This document shows positions 1 to 11,589 of a DNA stretch of 64,000 bases, one piece after another. This stretch comes from the human T2T-CHM13v2.0 reference genome, Homo sapiens. Every line of letters begins with the position of its first letter. The stretch's first letter is position 1. The stretch lies in the NCBI RefSeq assembly GCF_009914755.1, contig NC_060931.1; one strand, written 5' to 3'. A program made the position numbers and the translations under genes. The notes below the pieces were generated by a model. The model saw only the letters and a program-made list of their open reading frames with translations, was not told the origin of the DNA and did no database searches.

Positions 1-830
1 ACTTTATATAAAAATTAACTCAAGATGGATTAAAGACTTAAATATAAAACCCCAAACCATAAAAAACCTTGAAGAAAACCTAGGCAGTACCATTCAGGAC
101 ATAGGCATGGGGCAAAGATTTTACCATGAAATCCCCAAAAGCAATTGCAACAAAAGCTAAAATGGACAAATGGGATCTAATTAAACTAAAGAGCTTCTGC
201 ACAACAAAAGAAACTATCATCAGAGTGAACAGGCAACCAACAGAATGGGAGAAATTTTTGCAATCCATCTGACAAAGGTCTAATGTCCAGAATTTACAAG
301 GAACTTAAACAAATTTACAAGAAAAAAACACCACCACCAAAAAGTGGGCAGAGGGTATGAACAGACACTTCTCAAAAGAAGACATTTATGCGGCCAAAAA
401 ACATATGAAAAAAAGCCCAACATCACTGATCATTAGAGAAATGCAAATCAAAACCACAATGAGATGTCATCTCATGCCAAGTCAGAATGGCCATTATTAA
501 AAAGTCAAGAAACAACAGATGCTGGAGAGGCTGTGGCGAAATAGGAACGCTTTTACACTGTTGGTGGGAATGTAAATTAGTTCAACCATTGTGGAAGACA
601 GTGTGGCGATTCCTCAAGGATCTAGAACCAGAAATGCCATTTGACCCAGCAATCTCATTACTGGGTATATACCTAAAGGATCATAAATCATTCTACTATA
701 AAGACACATGCACACATATGTTTATTGCAACACTATTCACGATAGCAAAGACAGGGAACTAACCCAGATGCCCATCAGTGATAGACTGGATAAAGAAATG
801 TGGTACATATACACCATGGAATACTGTGCA
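1..830 (+). pseudogene. Disrupted L1 ORF2p C-terminal coding remnant
   Basis: L1 ORF2 peptides are split across frames (487-762 and 708-1052, the latter containing MWYIYTMEY), indicating a frameshift near 750. Confidence 0.85.
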
Positions 831-1212
831 GCCACAAAAAGGAATGAGATTATGTCCTTTACAGGGACATGGATGAAGCTGGAAGCCATCATCCTCAGCA
901 AACTAACACGGGAACAGAAAACCAAACAGCGCATGTTCTCACTCATAAGTGGGAGCTGGATAAGGAGAAAGCACAGACACAAGGAGGGTAATAACACATA
1001 CCAGGAGCAGTGTGGGAGGAGGCAAGGGGAAGGAGAGCGTCAGAACAAATAGCTAATGCATGCAGGGCTTAAAACCTAGATGATGGGTTGATAGGTGCAG
1101 CAAACCACCATGGCACACGTATACCTATGATTACATAGGTATACCTGTACATTCTGCACATGTATCCTGGAACTTTAAGTTAAAAAATAAGTAAATACAT
1201 AAATACATAAAA
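1..1212 (+). mobile_element. LINE-1 (L1PA, mid-age, roughly L1PA8-L1PA11) 3' end: ORF2 C-terminus, 3'UTR and degraded A-tail; continues upstream of the window
   Basis: ORF 487-762 translates to the L1 ORF2p Cys-rich tail ([27 protein letters not shown]). The 3'UTR carries the L1PA motif gggttgataggtgcagcaaaccaccatggcac. A-rich end at about 1180-1212. Confidence 0.95.
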
Positions 1213-3834
1213 ATTCAGTATGTTTTCTTGTTGTCTTATTTCACCAATGAGCTCAGATCCAACTTTAATGGTTAATAACACTTTGTCTAAAATTCCTAAT
1301 ATATCTTCTAATATTTTCTAGTTGGTTTTATTTATTTTAGTTATTTTAACAACAGTGAGTGATCTGTATCACATCCTCCTGGAAGTACCTTGGATTTCAT
1401 TATAACTGAGGAAGCGTTTGTTATTTGTTTAAATGAGTGTCCCAGATAGCTTGCAATGGAGCATATTTATTTGTTTACTCTCTTATCCATTCACTACACA
1501 TTTATTGAGCTCGTACTAAAAATTAGCCAGACACTTAAATCGTTTTCTTTGGCTTGATTGTAGAGCTCATAAACAAAAGTACTAGGAATTTAGAATTGTA
1601 GATCACAGAGCATTAGAATAGGGGAAAGTCATTTTTCATTGTTGAGCCTGAGGAGAGTTTCGAAGGTGACTTGAAGGTATTGATTTGAGGAATGCCGATG
1701 GTTTTCATCTTCTTTTCCCATCACTAAACTAAGTATACTCCCTTCAGAGGTAGAGAGCCAGGAGACCTTTATAGTAGTGAAAGGACAGGAAAGGAAGGCT
1801 TTCATAGACAGCCTGGTACTGGAGTCAGTATTCAACAGTGAAATTCTGGGGTATAGAAAATAGTTAATTTATATACTTTAATTCCCACCTGATCCCCACT
1901 CCCCAAGAAGGTTGGAATCCTTGTTTTTCCTCCTTTTGGAATTTGCTACTTTGAAGGGTTTTTTTCTTTTGAAGGAATAAGAACAGTCTGTTCATTGTGC
2001 TATTTAGTGCAATTAGAATTAGGGAGCAATATTTGTTCTGTGAGTTATCTACCCTGACAGAAGCTCTGATAGAAGCTCAGAATAGTTAACTGCCCTCATA
2101 GAGGCTTGGGGCATCATTGCTGGAAATGAGATGCCTAACTCCAGGACTTCATCCTGTGGACTGCAGAATTAAACGGAACCAAAGAAAATAAGCAACAAAA
2201 AACAGTTGGAACAGCTTCTCAGTGGACTTACTGCTGCCAGTCTTGGTGGGGAAGCACCAGTGCTTCTTGGACTCTGGCTACTTTGATCTTCCCAGGGTGC
2301 TGGAGAACCTGGAAGGACCCAGGTTGTCTCTCCTATGTCCACTGTAAGCCTTGGTAAGAAGCATGAACCTTCTGTAAGCCAGGACCCAACTGACCTTTTA
2401 AGATTTTTTTTTTTTTTTAATCATCTGAACATGCTATGCCGTTGTCTTGGCATTGCTTTGATCCCAGATGTCTCAGTTTTAAAGAGCACCTACACTAAGT
2501 GGCAAGGAGAAATTAGAATTATCCATATTGATGATGAAAAATAAACCTCAGAGGGCTTCCAATTGCACCCTAATTCTTCTCCCTTAGGATATTGAGAGAG
2601 TGAGGTGTAGAATTTAAAGTTAAAAAATTTTACATCACTTTACTTAATAATTGAAAGTTACTTGGCTTTGGCCCTTGGCATGATTTAAATCACAATGGAT
2701 TTGAGAGATGCTTTGTCATTGACTTAATTTTCAGGGTTTTAACTCATTCAGTAAGTTGGCTTGGCAGCCCTAAGCAGCATTAGTATTTTGTGTGACATTT
2801 TCAAAATATCCTTTGAACCTATGGTAATCCCTAAGGCAGCCATGTTCTAAAACTCAGAGAAGGACCTCCCCAGGGGCTTGAAATACCTGTGTTTCCTCCC
2901 CTCACCGACAACCCCCTACCCTGCTCCCCATAGCAATGTTTTGAGGTTGTGTGATCTGGATCTGGGTTGAACTCCTGCAGCGTTTTAAACCTTTTGTTTC
3001 TTTCTTCTTTAATAACAACAGTGTTTCTTACCCTGGTCATCTATTGAGAAGTGTAGGTGAAAGTAAGCATCAACAGAATGGTGATTTTGAATATGGGAAT
3101 GGGTTCTTGGGAGCCACTGATGTACCTATAGGGACTGGGGATATGATTGGTAGTTCTAGAATGACGTTGCAGTTGCTCTATACATGACCCATCACGTGGA
3201 AGATCCTGACCTCAGCAGCACACAGCAAGCATGTAATAGCTGCAGAGAATAATGCTGAGCACTAGTCAACTGGTAAGCATTACAGACTCCCCTGCTTCTC
3301 TCTCCCATGGGTCAACTGGTGTTGAATAACAGGGAGACTAGTACTTTGGACATTTTTACCTACTGAAGTTGACTCATGCTGTTCCTTTAGAAGGCTAATA
3401 AATTTTTGGTGATTAACTGAATAAATTAACAACAGGCTAAGAGAATAATTACAGACCTATTTAGGAAATCTAGTTCTTGGTTTTGCTTGGAGATTCTTGC
3501 CAGAACTTTACCTTGTAAGTTAGATATTTTTACCTGTTGCTTCTCAGAAAAACCTACAAGCATACTCTTAGGTTTATACCTTCTATCCCTAACAACAACA
3601 AAAACATTAACTGTAAACTGCCTCCTGTTATCTGAGGGTAAAGTCGTAAAAATCAAAGAGGAATTTTGAGGAGAAAGTCTTGGTAACAGAAAATACTAAT
3701 TAGTTGTCTGTGTTGTGAGATGTGTTGCTTGAGAGTGTCTGAGCTTCAGAGAATGTATAATTTCCCTCCTTGATGTCCACAAGGAGCTTCTAGGATACTT
3801 TATTAAAAGACGAGTAATCAGTTATTATTCTTCG

Positions 3835-4016
3835 TAGGTATATCTCAAACTGCAGCTTTAAACAGAATCAACTAGAGGGCTTTGTTACAATACAGATTGC
3901 TGGACTCCACTCCTGGTGGTATGTTAGGTCTGGAAAAGGGCCTGAGAATTAAAATTTTTAGGTCCTCCAGTGATGTCTAGGTTACCGGTCCGGGAACCAC
4001 CCATTAAGAATCCCTG
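3835..4016. mobile_element. MER5A-like hAT-Charlie MITE
   Basis: tctcaaact...agaatca..gagggctttgtta..acagattgctgg...aggtctgg...ggcctgagaat...ggtccgggaaccac resembles MER5A. Confidence 0.7.
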
Positions 4017-4218
4017 TTGTATCTGGTCCTCTGCCTCTTTCTGCACATCTTATATCCATGCAGCAGGTATGAAAATGAGCTCCCCAAAAGCATTCACCTT
4101 CACTGTTGACCTGATTATTATATAATTATAATTGGATCTCAACCTTTTAAAAGGCCAATCGTATCTGAACTACATATTAATTATAAATCTTAGTGAAAGC
4201 TCTATTATATTATCTCAA

Positions 4219-4520
<302 letters not shown>

Positions 4521-4659
4521 TGATATTTGATCCTGAAAAATCTTGCTTGAACTTGAAACTTGTCCTAGAATGTCTTTGAAAAGTTCATATTCCGATAAGT
4601 GTATTACATTCTACAACAATTATGCTAAAAGGTTACTTCACAGAAAATTATATCCACAC

Positions 4660-4816
4660 TCATGATAGAATCATTTGGAAGTTTAAAAAATATGGTCATG
4701 GTTGGACTCCATCCAAGACTGATTGAATATGACCCTCTGGGATTGGGCACCAAGTAATATACAATTTTGAAAAATTTCCAAGGGATTTTAATGGGCAGCT
4801 AGGTCATGAACCACTG
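4660..4816. mobile_element. MER5-family (hAT-Charlie) remnant
   Basis: agaatcatttggaagtttaaaaaata...ttccaagggattttaatgggcagctagg...gaaccactg. Confidence 0.55.
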
Positions 4817-5912
4817 CGATAGGCCTTGGAGAGGGAGGGGAGCAGCAGGGCTCTGGTAAGTCCTTTACACTTGCTTTAACCTGCTGCTCTTTCCCCTTCC
4901 CACTGTTAAACTCCCCTGCACCTCTACGTCACTCTTCTTTACAGGCTGGCTAGCGTCATCACATTGTAGGTCGTTTTCTGTGGGCTTAGGAAAACAGTCC
5001 AACAGACTGTTACCCTAGTGCGTGCAATGAAAGGCCTTTATTCTTAGGGTTCAAATTATTTTACAACGAAATTGTTTAGTTTGGAGCCTAGCCAGTTTCA
5101 TCTCTTCTATACTCCAGGTTGATCTTCTGTTTTAGATGGTGTTCCTCACTCTGCCTTCTTCACCTGAATAAAGGAAAGGCAGGCAATGTTTCCAGAGCTC
5201 CTGAGCCACCCTTAGTGCTGGAGGCAGGTTTAGGAAAGAGCTGGCTCCCTCATTGCTAAACAGAATTAATGTTGTTCAATCACTTTATTCTGGCTCTGTG
5301 AAATAATACACAGGAGGAATTGCTGCTTTATGACTTTAATCTGATAAACTACCTGCTCTGGTGTGTTACATTCTGTGTGTGTTTCTCTGCCACCACTGCA
5401 GAATAATCTCAGCCTTATGTGTAGCAACTAGAATGCAAGGTTCAAAACTCAAACCAAGCCTTGATGCAGACGTCAAATAAGAACTACTTTAGAATGCTCT
5501 GTGATAATGCTAGGCACTTAGCATGACTGCTGGGGCTCCTAAAAGGAGCCAGGAAGCAGCAGAGCCTGAGAATCCTATAACATTTCCTTTTGAGCTTGGG
5601 CCTGAAGCAGCCAAATGCTGTAACCAAATAAAAGCCAGTTTACCTTTTGCTTTTCTTATGTCTTCTTTTCTTGTTCTCGTCTTATAAATTATGTTCACAC
5701 TTTTCCTTTTTTCTTTTCCATTCATGCCTTTCCTCCGTTTTCTCTGTACTCCATGCATCTGCCGCCTGTCTGCTTGCTTGGTTTTTCTTCTGTGTTCTCT
5801 CAGCTTTTCACTTTTGGAAGAGTCAGGAATCTTGTATATTTTGAGAATTAGCGAAACATCGTGGGTATTTATCCAAAGTGGACCTTGTACAGTCTCTTTT
5901 ATGCTCGTTTTT

Positions 5913-5948
5913 AATCTCACCAATTTCTAGAATCTCACTAATTTCTAG
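5913..5948. repeat. 18-bp tandem duplication
   Basis: aatctcaccaatttctag followed directly by aatctcactaatttctag (17/18). Confidence 0.9.
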
Positions 5949-7904
5949 GTTTGTTAAGGGACAACATGGTGTATTGCTGGAGATCAAGACACAAAGAGTA
6001 ACAGAGCCTCAGAGCTCATTAATGGTGGTCTGAAACAAGGAAAGGAGAATTAAAATAATGTCCTTAACCCAGGACATAAGAGATACAGATAGAGAGATGG
6101 CAAAATCCATGGCATATCTGTGACGGTTTTCTTTTTTTGTAGAAAATATCATAAATAGATCTTAGAACTCTGATCTTCTGATTTTTCTTAACACAGTACT
6201 CTAGGGAGAGGCCACTAGACAAGATGAATCCCATCACTGTTAGTGGGAGCTTAGAGGGAATTTTAGGTGAGGGAAAATACGGAGATAAATGCCATCTTTT
6301 GAGATAGGTCTTTTGATTCAGTGTTGAAGATTTGTGTCAAGAGACTCCCAAACCATAATAGATATTGCAGGCCTTCCCTTTACTGCCTGTTAACCCAGGC
6401 ATGTGACAAGAGCAAGATTTCTAGAGATTGCCATAGAGGAAGAATAATTTCAGTGACTTTGGGAAAGCCTGAAGACTGATTTAGGGTGAAAGGCACATGT
6501 CATTAAAGAGTTTCATTATAGATTGCTGGTTTTATTAGGAGGTAAGTGGTTGGAGACATTCGTTTCCTGGAATCATGTAGGACATTTAAAGTGTTGAATG
6601 CTATATACAACACCCCAGAGGTGAAGAAGATGTTTATCAATTTAGGTGCACAGATGTCAGTCTGATTATTGGGAAGAGGGTGAAGAGGTTTGACAGTATC
6701 AGAGTATGGACACATTTGAGCAGCAGCAGCTCATTGTCCTAGAACGAATTGCCTCCTGGCCGTGATTTATTGACATAGCTGATGGAGGGACTCAGCAGAA
6801 GCCACCATTTATCTGTTTCTTCAGTTGACCATTGGAAAGCCTTACAAAATTATGTGCGTGAGAAATGTCAAAGTGACAGATTTGGGTTCAAAAGATTGTA
6901 CACTTTTATACATCCACCCTTTGCCCTTCTTTTTGGACTTGAGTATTTTAGACAAAACTAACATTTTCTTCAGCTTAGTATAAACAGATTTCTGCTCAGA
7001 TTAGCTGAGAAGGCATACACCATGTTATCCTTTTATGGATGAGTGATACATGTGATGTCTTTGTCAAATAGGAATTGCCCTCTGCCTTGTGTGTTTGGAG
7101 AGATGACTGGCCACACCTCTGAAGCAATCAGCTGTGGCCAAATTAACATAATATGGTACCTGTACATAAAACTAAATATAGAACAATTTTATCTTTTTGT
7201 AGTAAGGATACTATATTCCGAAGAATTCATGTAAGTTGAATTATTTAAAGTGGATTTAGGGACATTCATTGTAAAGTTAATCTTTGGTAAATCCTTGTGT
7301 GGTGATTTTTTTTCTCTCCTCTTTTGCATCCCCATTTGAAAGCCCACAATTTAATCTATTTGGGTAAGGTAGATTCTTATGTGATTAAATCACTCCAGTT
7401 TATACGCATTGAGGAGTAAAGTCACCAGACTAAACTCCTCAGGAACAATGACAGAGAGTTTTGCCATGGGTGTTTGGGAAAACTGCATTTACTTTCTGCA
7501 CACTTAAACTCTGTTTCAGTCCACATATTTGCACGCCTAAAAAAATTAACAAATTTTCACAGTAACAATGATACTAGCGTTTACTTATTGCTCAAAAGAG
7601 GTATTGACCGCTATAGTGTGTGTGAAGTTGGAAACTTTAGGATGATAGCCATAGTTTGTACTTCGAGCTCACTCTAGTGGGGGAAATAGACAAGAAAACC
7701 CATAATTAGTACACAGTAAATGTTAGGTATATTTCTCATGTGAATGTGTGCAGTATGGTAACTGCTCGTTAGAGGGGACCCTATAGAATTGATTACCTAT
7801 AAGAGACCTTGACTGCGCTTGGGATAGTTAAGGAAGGCTTCATGAAATAGCGACAAATCAGGGTTAGCTCCTGGCCTGGGATGATGGCTAAAAGGACTAA
7901 AGGG

Positions 7905-8045
7905 CGAGTCTTTGCCTCAGTTTCTTATTTGAAAATGAGGATAATAATAATCCAACTTTATAGAGATTATTATGAGGATTCTGTGAAACAAATGCACATA
8001 GATAGTTAGGCAGTCCTGGTAATTGGGAAGACATCAATAATGATG
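7905..8045 (+). mobile_element. MIR
   Basis: Core gcctcagtttcttatttgaaaatgaggataataa. Confidence 0.75.
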
Positions 8046-8074
8046 TAAGTTATCCATGTCCCTAGTCCTTTATT

Positions 8075-8200
8075 TCTTACAACAACAATCCTTTCAAGAC
8101 AGTAGTACTTTCCCTATTTTGAAGATGCTCAGAGAGGTTAATTTGCCCAAGGTTACCCAGCTAGAACTTGGTAGGGTTCAGCTTTGAATCTAGACGTCTC
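8075..8200 (-). mobile_element. MIR
   Basis: gctcagagaggttaatttgcccaaggttacccagcta. Confidence 0.7.
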
Positions 8201-8809
8201 TCTCCTGGTTACCTTTTGTTCTCTTTATGCTACTCAGGGGGCCCAAAATGATTCCAGCTGCTTCCTGCTTCATTATCCCCCTAAGTGCCCCACTGAGAGG
8301 AGTCTACAATTGCCTGCCCCTCCTCTCCCTGCCTCCTGGTCTTGCCATGAGTCACTGCTGAGCCATTTGTGTCAGAGAGGAAAATGGGGGCTTGCTATTC
8401 ACATGTAGCAATTTGCTATGTGTTCTTGCTTATTTGCCAGGGACACCAGCAGAGAAGCGTTCATCAAGAGGCGTCATGTTTGTTAAGGGACCACATGGTG
8501 TATTTTAAAAGCTCTTAACTCTCTCTGGTATCATCGATTATGCTTTAGCATAAGAAATAAAGTGACACTGAGCCTCTTATTAATAATACACGTTTTCCAT
8601 TTAACTTTGACTGGTTAAATCTGGCATAAAATGCAGACTTGCAAACCAGCCTCCCTGGGATGTGTAGCTTCTCTTAGGCTATTTATGATGCGGATCTCTG
8701 TTGAGTAGCAGCCTCTGCCTGCAGCTAAGGCTCTGGACTAGATGTTCTCTTTTCCTTTTCTCTCTTGATGGCATGGATTGTTTTGTTTCACAAGGCTCAT
8801 GTTCTAGAT

Positions 8810-10347
8810 GGGATTGTAGCTGGTCTACTACAAGCTGGTCTAGTTGGGATTGTAGATTGGTATGGATAAATACTGAAATGGGAGCTGGTATCTGACAACT
8901 GGAGGGGTTATATATGTGCCCCCATATTCTGATCAAGCTTTGGCATTTTGTGCATTTGGCAAAAGTCAGTGGTCAATATTTGAAGTTTGCATGAAGTTAG
9001 AAGAATTTTGGGCTCTGAATATGAGATGACTTAGAGATAATATGTTTATTTTACAGATAAAGAATCAGGCCTAAAGCGATTGATGATGATGATGATGATG
9101 ATAGCAGAATCTCTAACAATGGTTAAGCCAGACACTGTTCAGAGTGATTTTTGTGTTAACTTGCTTGATCTTCACAATGACTCTGTCAGGTAGACAGTAT
9201 TATTATCCCTGTTTTACAAGTGAGGAAACTGAGGCACAGAGAGTTTCAGTCATTTGCCCAAGCCACATAGCTGGCAGGTGATAGAGCTGGGGTTTGTACC
9301 CAGGCTATCTGGATCCATCAAAACCTTTGCTATCTGTGTATCACTACACTGTAGCTTGTCCAGAGTTACAAAGCTGGGCAGGAATAGTCCAGGACCCAAA
9401 TCCCAGTCTTTTGTTGGCTGAACTATATTTGTTATTTAAAGATTCTTTTAGCAGTGGAACTCTTCTTTAAATGGAGATATTACTAGATAGCACAACCAAA
9501 TAAAAAAAGTGGAAACTTAGCTGCTGTGGTTTAAGTGGGATAGGCCAGGCATTGACCATGCATTCCCTTTATTCAGCCCTTGCTGTGGCTTCTGAGAAAG
9601 CCACATGGAGCATAGTTTTATTTTATTTATTTTAATTTTTAGTCCCTACAACAAGACTCACAGTAGGGATATGATTTTAAACCCTGGCTCTAGTTAGGGA
9701 TATGAGCTCCAGATTGCTCTCTTTTGGGTCACAATTAAAATCCTAACCGGCAACAGATATTTTTGGTCAGATCTGGTCATTCTCTCTGCCTCCGTACCCA
9801 TTGGGGGCAAACTATGAAGCTTTTGTAGCTGCATTATTGTAGATTTGCAGGATTTCTGTTCGTAATCAGAATCGGGTATGTGTTAGAAAAAGGCCTTCCT
9901 GAGTGTATGAACCCCTTTGCCTGCTGACAGTCTCTGGGCTGGAGTTAACATTAACATCTGCATGCCCAGAGGACAGTGAATTGCTAACTTTTCACTGGCT
10001 TTCTTTTTGCTTGGACATTTTACAGTGCTCCAGGGTCATCATTCTGGGCAGTACTTACCTTGTAAGTACCTGATTTTGGCTCTTTTCTCACTCACTAGTC
10101 TGTGATCTAGTCTTCTCTCTGTGTCTGCAGAGTTCAGTCCCATTTCTGGAGCAAAGCAGTAGCTCAGTAAATGTCAGTGGAGTTTTTTGAATCACTTTTT
10201 ATTATTCCAGATTATAGGCATATATGTATAGATCAAGTAGGCTGAATATGACTTAATCCCCAAGTTTCTTCTATAATAGGACCTTATTTTATCTCTCCAA
10301 GTAATGGAATAAAGGGATGGAAGCTGGTCTAGTTGGGGTTGTAGATT
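8810..10347 (+). repeat. 27-bp dispersed direct repeat pair (8832-8858 and 10321-10347)
   Basis: aagctggtctagttggg[a/g]ttgtagatt, 26/27 identical. Similarity extends upstream (8810-8827 vs 10314-10331, 16/18). Confidence 0.9.
9105..9330 (-). mobile_element. MIR, preceded by (GAT)n at about 9080-9101
   Basis: attatccctgttttacaagtgaggaaactgaggcacagagag...gcccaagccacatagct. Confidence 0.85.
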
Positions 10348-10567
10348 TATAAACAAGACATTAATCTGAAGCTTATATTCTTTTAGAGAGTTACAAGAAA
10401 ACCCAAGATCTCCCCCCATCCCCAATTAAACACTTTGTTCTTTGTAAGGATAGTAGAGTAGTAGGAGTGGGGGTATTCAGGAAAGCAGGTCTTAAGGCAG
10501 AAGAATCACATCAACATCCCAAGTTCTATTCCTCACTGCCTCACGAATGGTCTGCTAGCCACCTGCA

Positions 10568-10587
10568 GTTGTTGTTGTTGTTGTTGT
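10568..10587. repeat. (GTT)n microsatellite
   Basis: gttgttgttgttgttgttgt. Confidence 0.9.
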
Positions 10588-10717
10588 CGTGTTTTGTAGG
10601 TAAAGGAAATATGGCAGGAGAGTGAAGTATAAGAGGTCCAGGAGCTTGGTGGAGGTGGAGGAGAGGGGGGATGGGGAAAGATAAAGAGGCAGATAAGAAA
10701 CAGGAATCATTGTAGAC

Positions 10718-10845
10718 CAGTGGTTTTCAGAGTGTGGTCCCTGGACCAACAGCTTCAGTGTCAGCTGGGAACTTATTAGAAAGGCAAATTTGCTGGTTTC
10801 ACTCTAGACCCAGTGAGTCAGGAACTCTGATGGGGGTGGGCAGCG
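10718..10845. mobile_element. MER5A fragment
   Basis: cagtggttttcagagtgtggtccctggaccaacagcttcagtgtcagctgggaacttattagaaaggcaaatt. Confidence 0.8.
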
Positions 10846-11589
10846 TCTTTGAAAACCTTTACTTCACTAACTTTTTCCCCCTCTATCTTAAATATTCCCA
10901 ATTGTTTTAGGTTTTAGTTGATTCCCATATTATACTTCAATTGTGTGTCAGTGAGTAGGTCTGTATTAAAGGAGAACTGTTGAGGAAACATAAAGAAATC
11001 TCTTTGTATTCCAAAAAGCGTTTCTCAGAGTTAAATTACATGTTTTGTTAGTGTCTGTTGCTTTTGTTCAGATTAAGCTCTGAAACAAAATTAAGATTCT
11101 CGTCAAGGCTTGAGCTTATTAATAGCTGTTTCATTTGTTTAGCGCTAATTTAAAATGTCTGATATCTGTAGAGGAAGTGCTTTATAAAAACACATACTTG
11201 TTAAGTGTTCCACTAGGAGAAGCACTGTGAAGTCCAAAGGATGTGGAGATTAGGCAAATAACTGTGGTTTTGTTGAGCTCTCTTCAGTGTAATATATGTG
11301 TGGGTGGGATAAGAACACTGGGCTTCACAGGTCGAAGAGGCTTCCACTGGTCAGATTTCAGACAATTTGTGCATTCAAGAGAATTACTGCAACTGAGTGT
11401 AAAACACTGAACAAATAAAAATTCTTGAACTCATAGTGATGAGAGATGGGGTGGGAGGAGAGAAAGAGACAGACAGACACTCTGGGCATCATTGGAGGTG
11501 ACTATGATGTCAACTTCTCATTCTATAAATTGTAAATTACATGAAACAAACACCCTGTCTTTACTGAGAAACTGTAGTTCTTTCATGAT

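Larger units (their letters stand above)
5949..8504 (+). repeat. 27-bp dispersed direct repeat pair (5949-5975 and 8478-8504)
   Basis: gtttgttaagggac[a/c]acatggtgtatt, 26/27 identical. Confidence 0.9.

Noticed and set aside
487-1052. ORFs of 91 and 114 aa as a host gene
   Set aside because: They are frameshifted L1 ORF2p and 3'UTR sequence.
5510-5923. 137-aa Lys/Arg-rich ORF
   Set aside because: It results from a pyrimidine-rich low-complexity tract on the plus strand.
10051-10069. Palindrome gtacttac-ctt-gtaagtac with donor-like sites on both strands
   Set aside because: An 8-bp stem is expected by chance and I see no supported exon.
5949-10347. 27-bp repeat pairs as CRISPR repeats or as TSDs of single insertions
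   Set aside because: The DNA is eukaryotic, each repeat has only two copies kilobases apart, and the intervening sequence is a mix of old MIR/L2 and unique DNA rather than one element.
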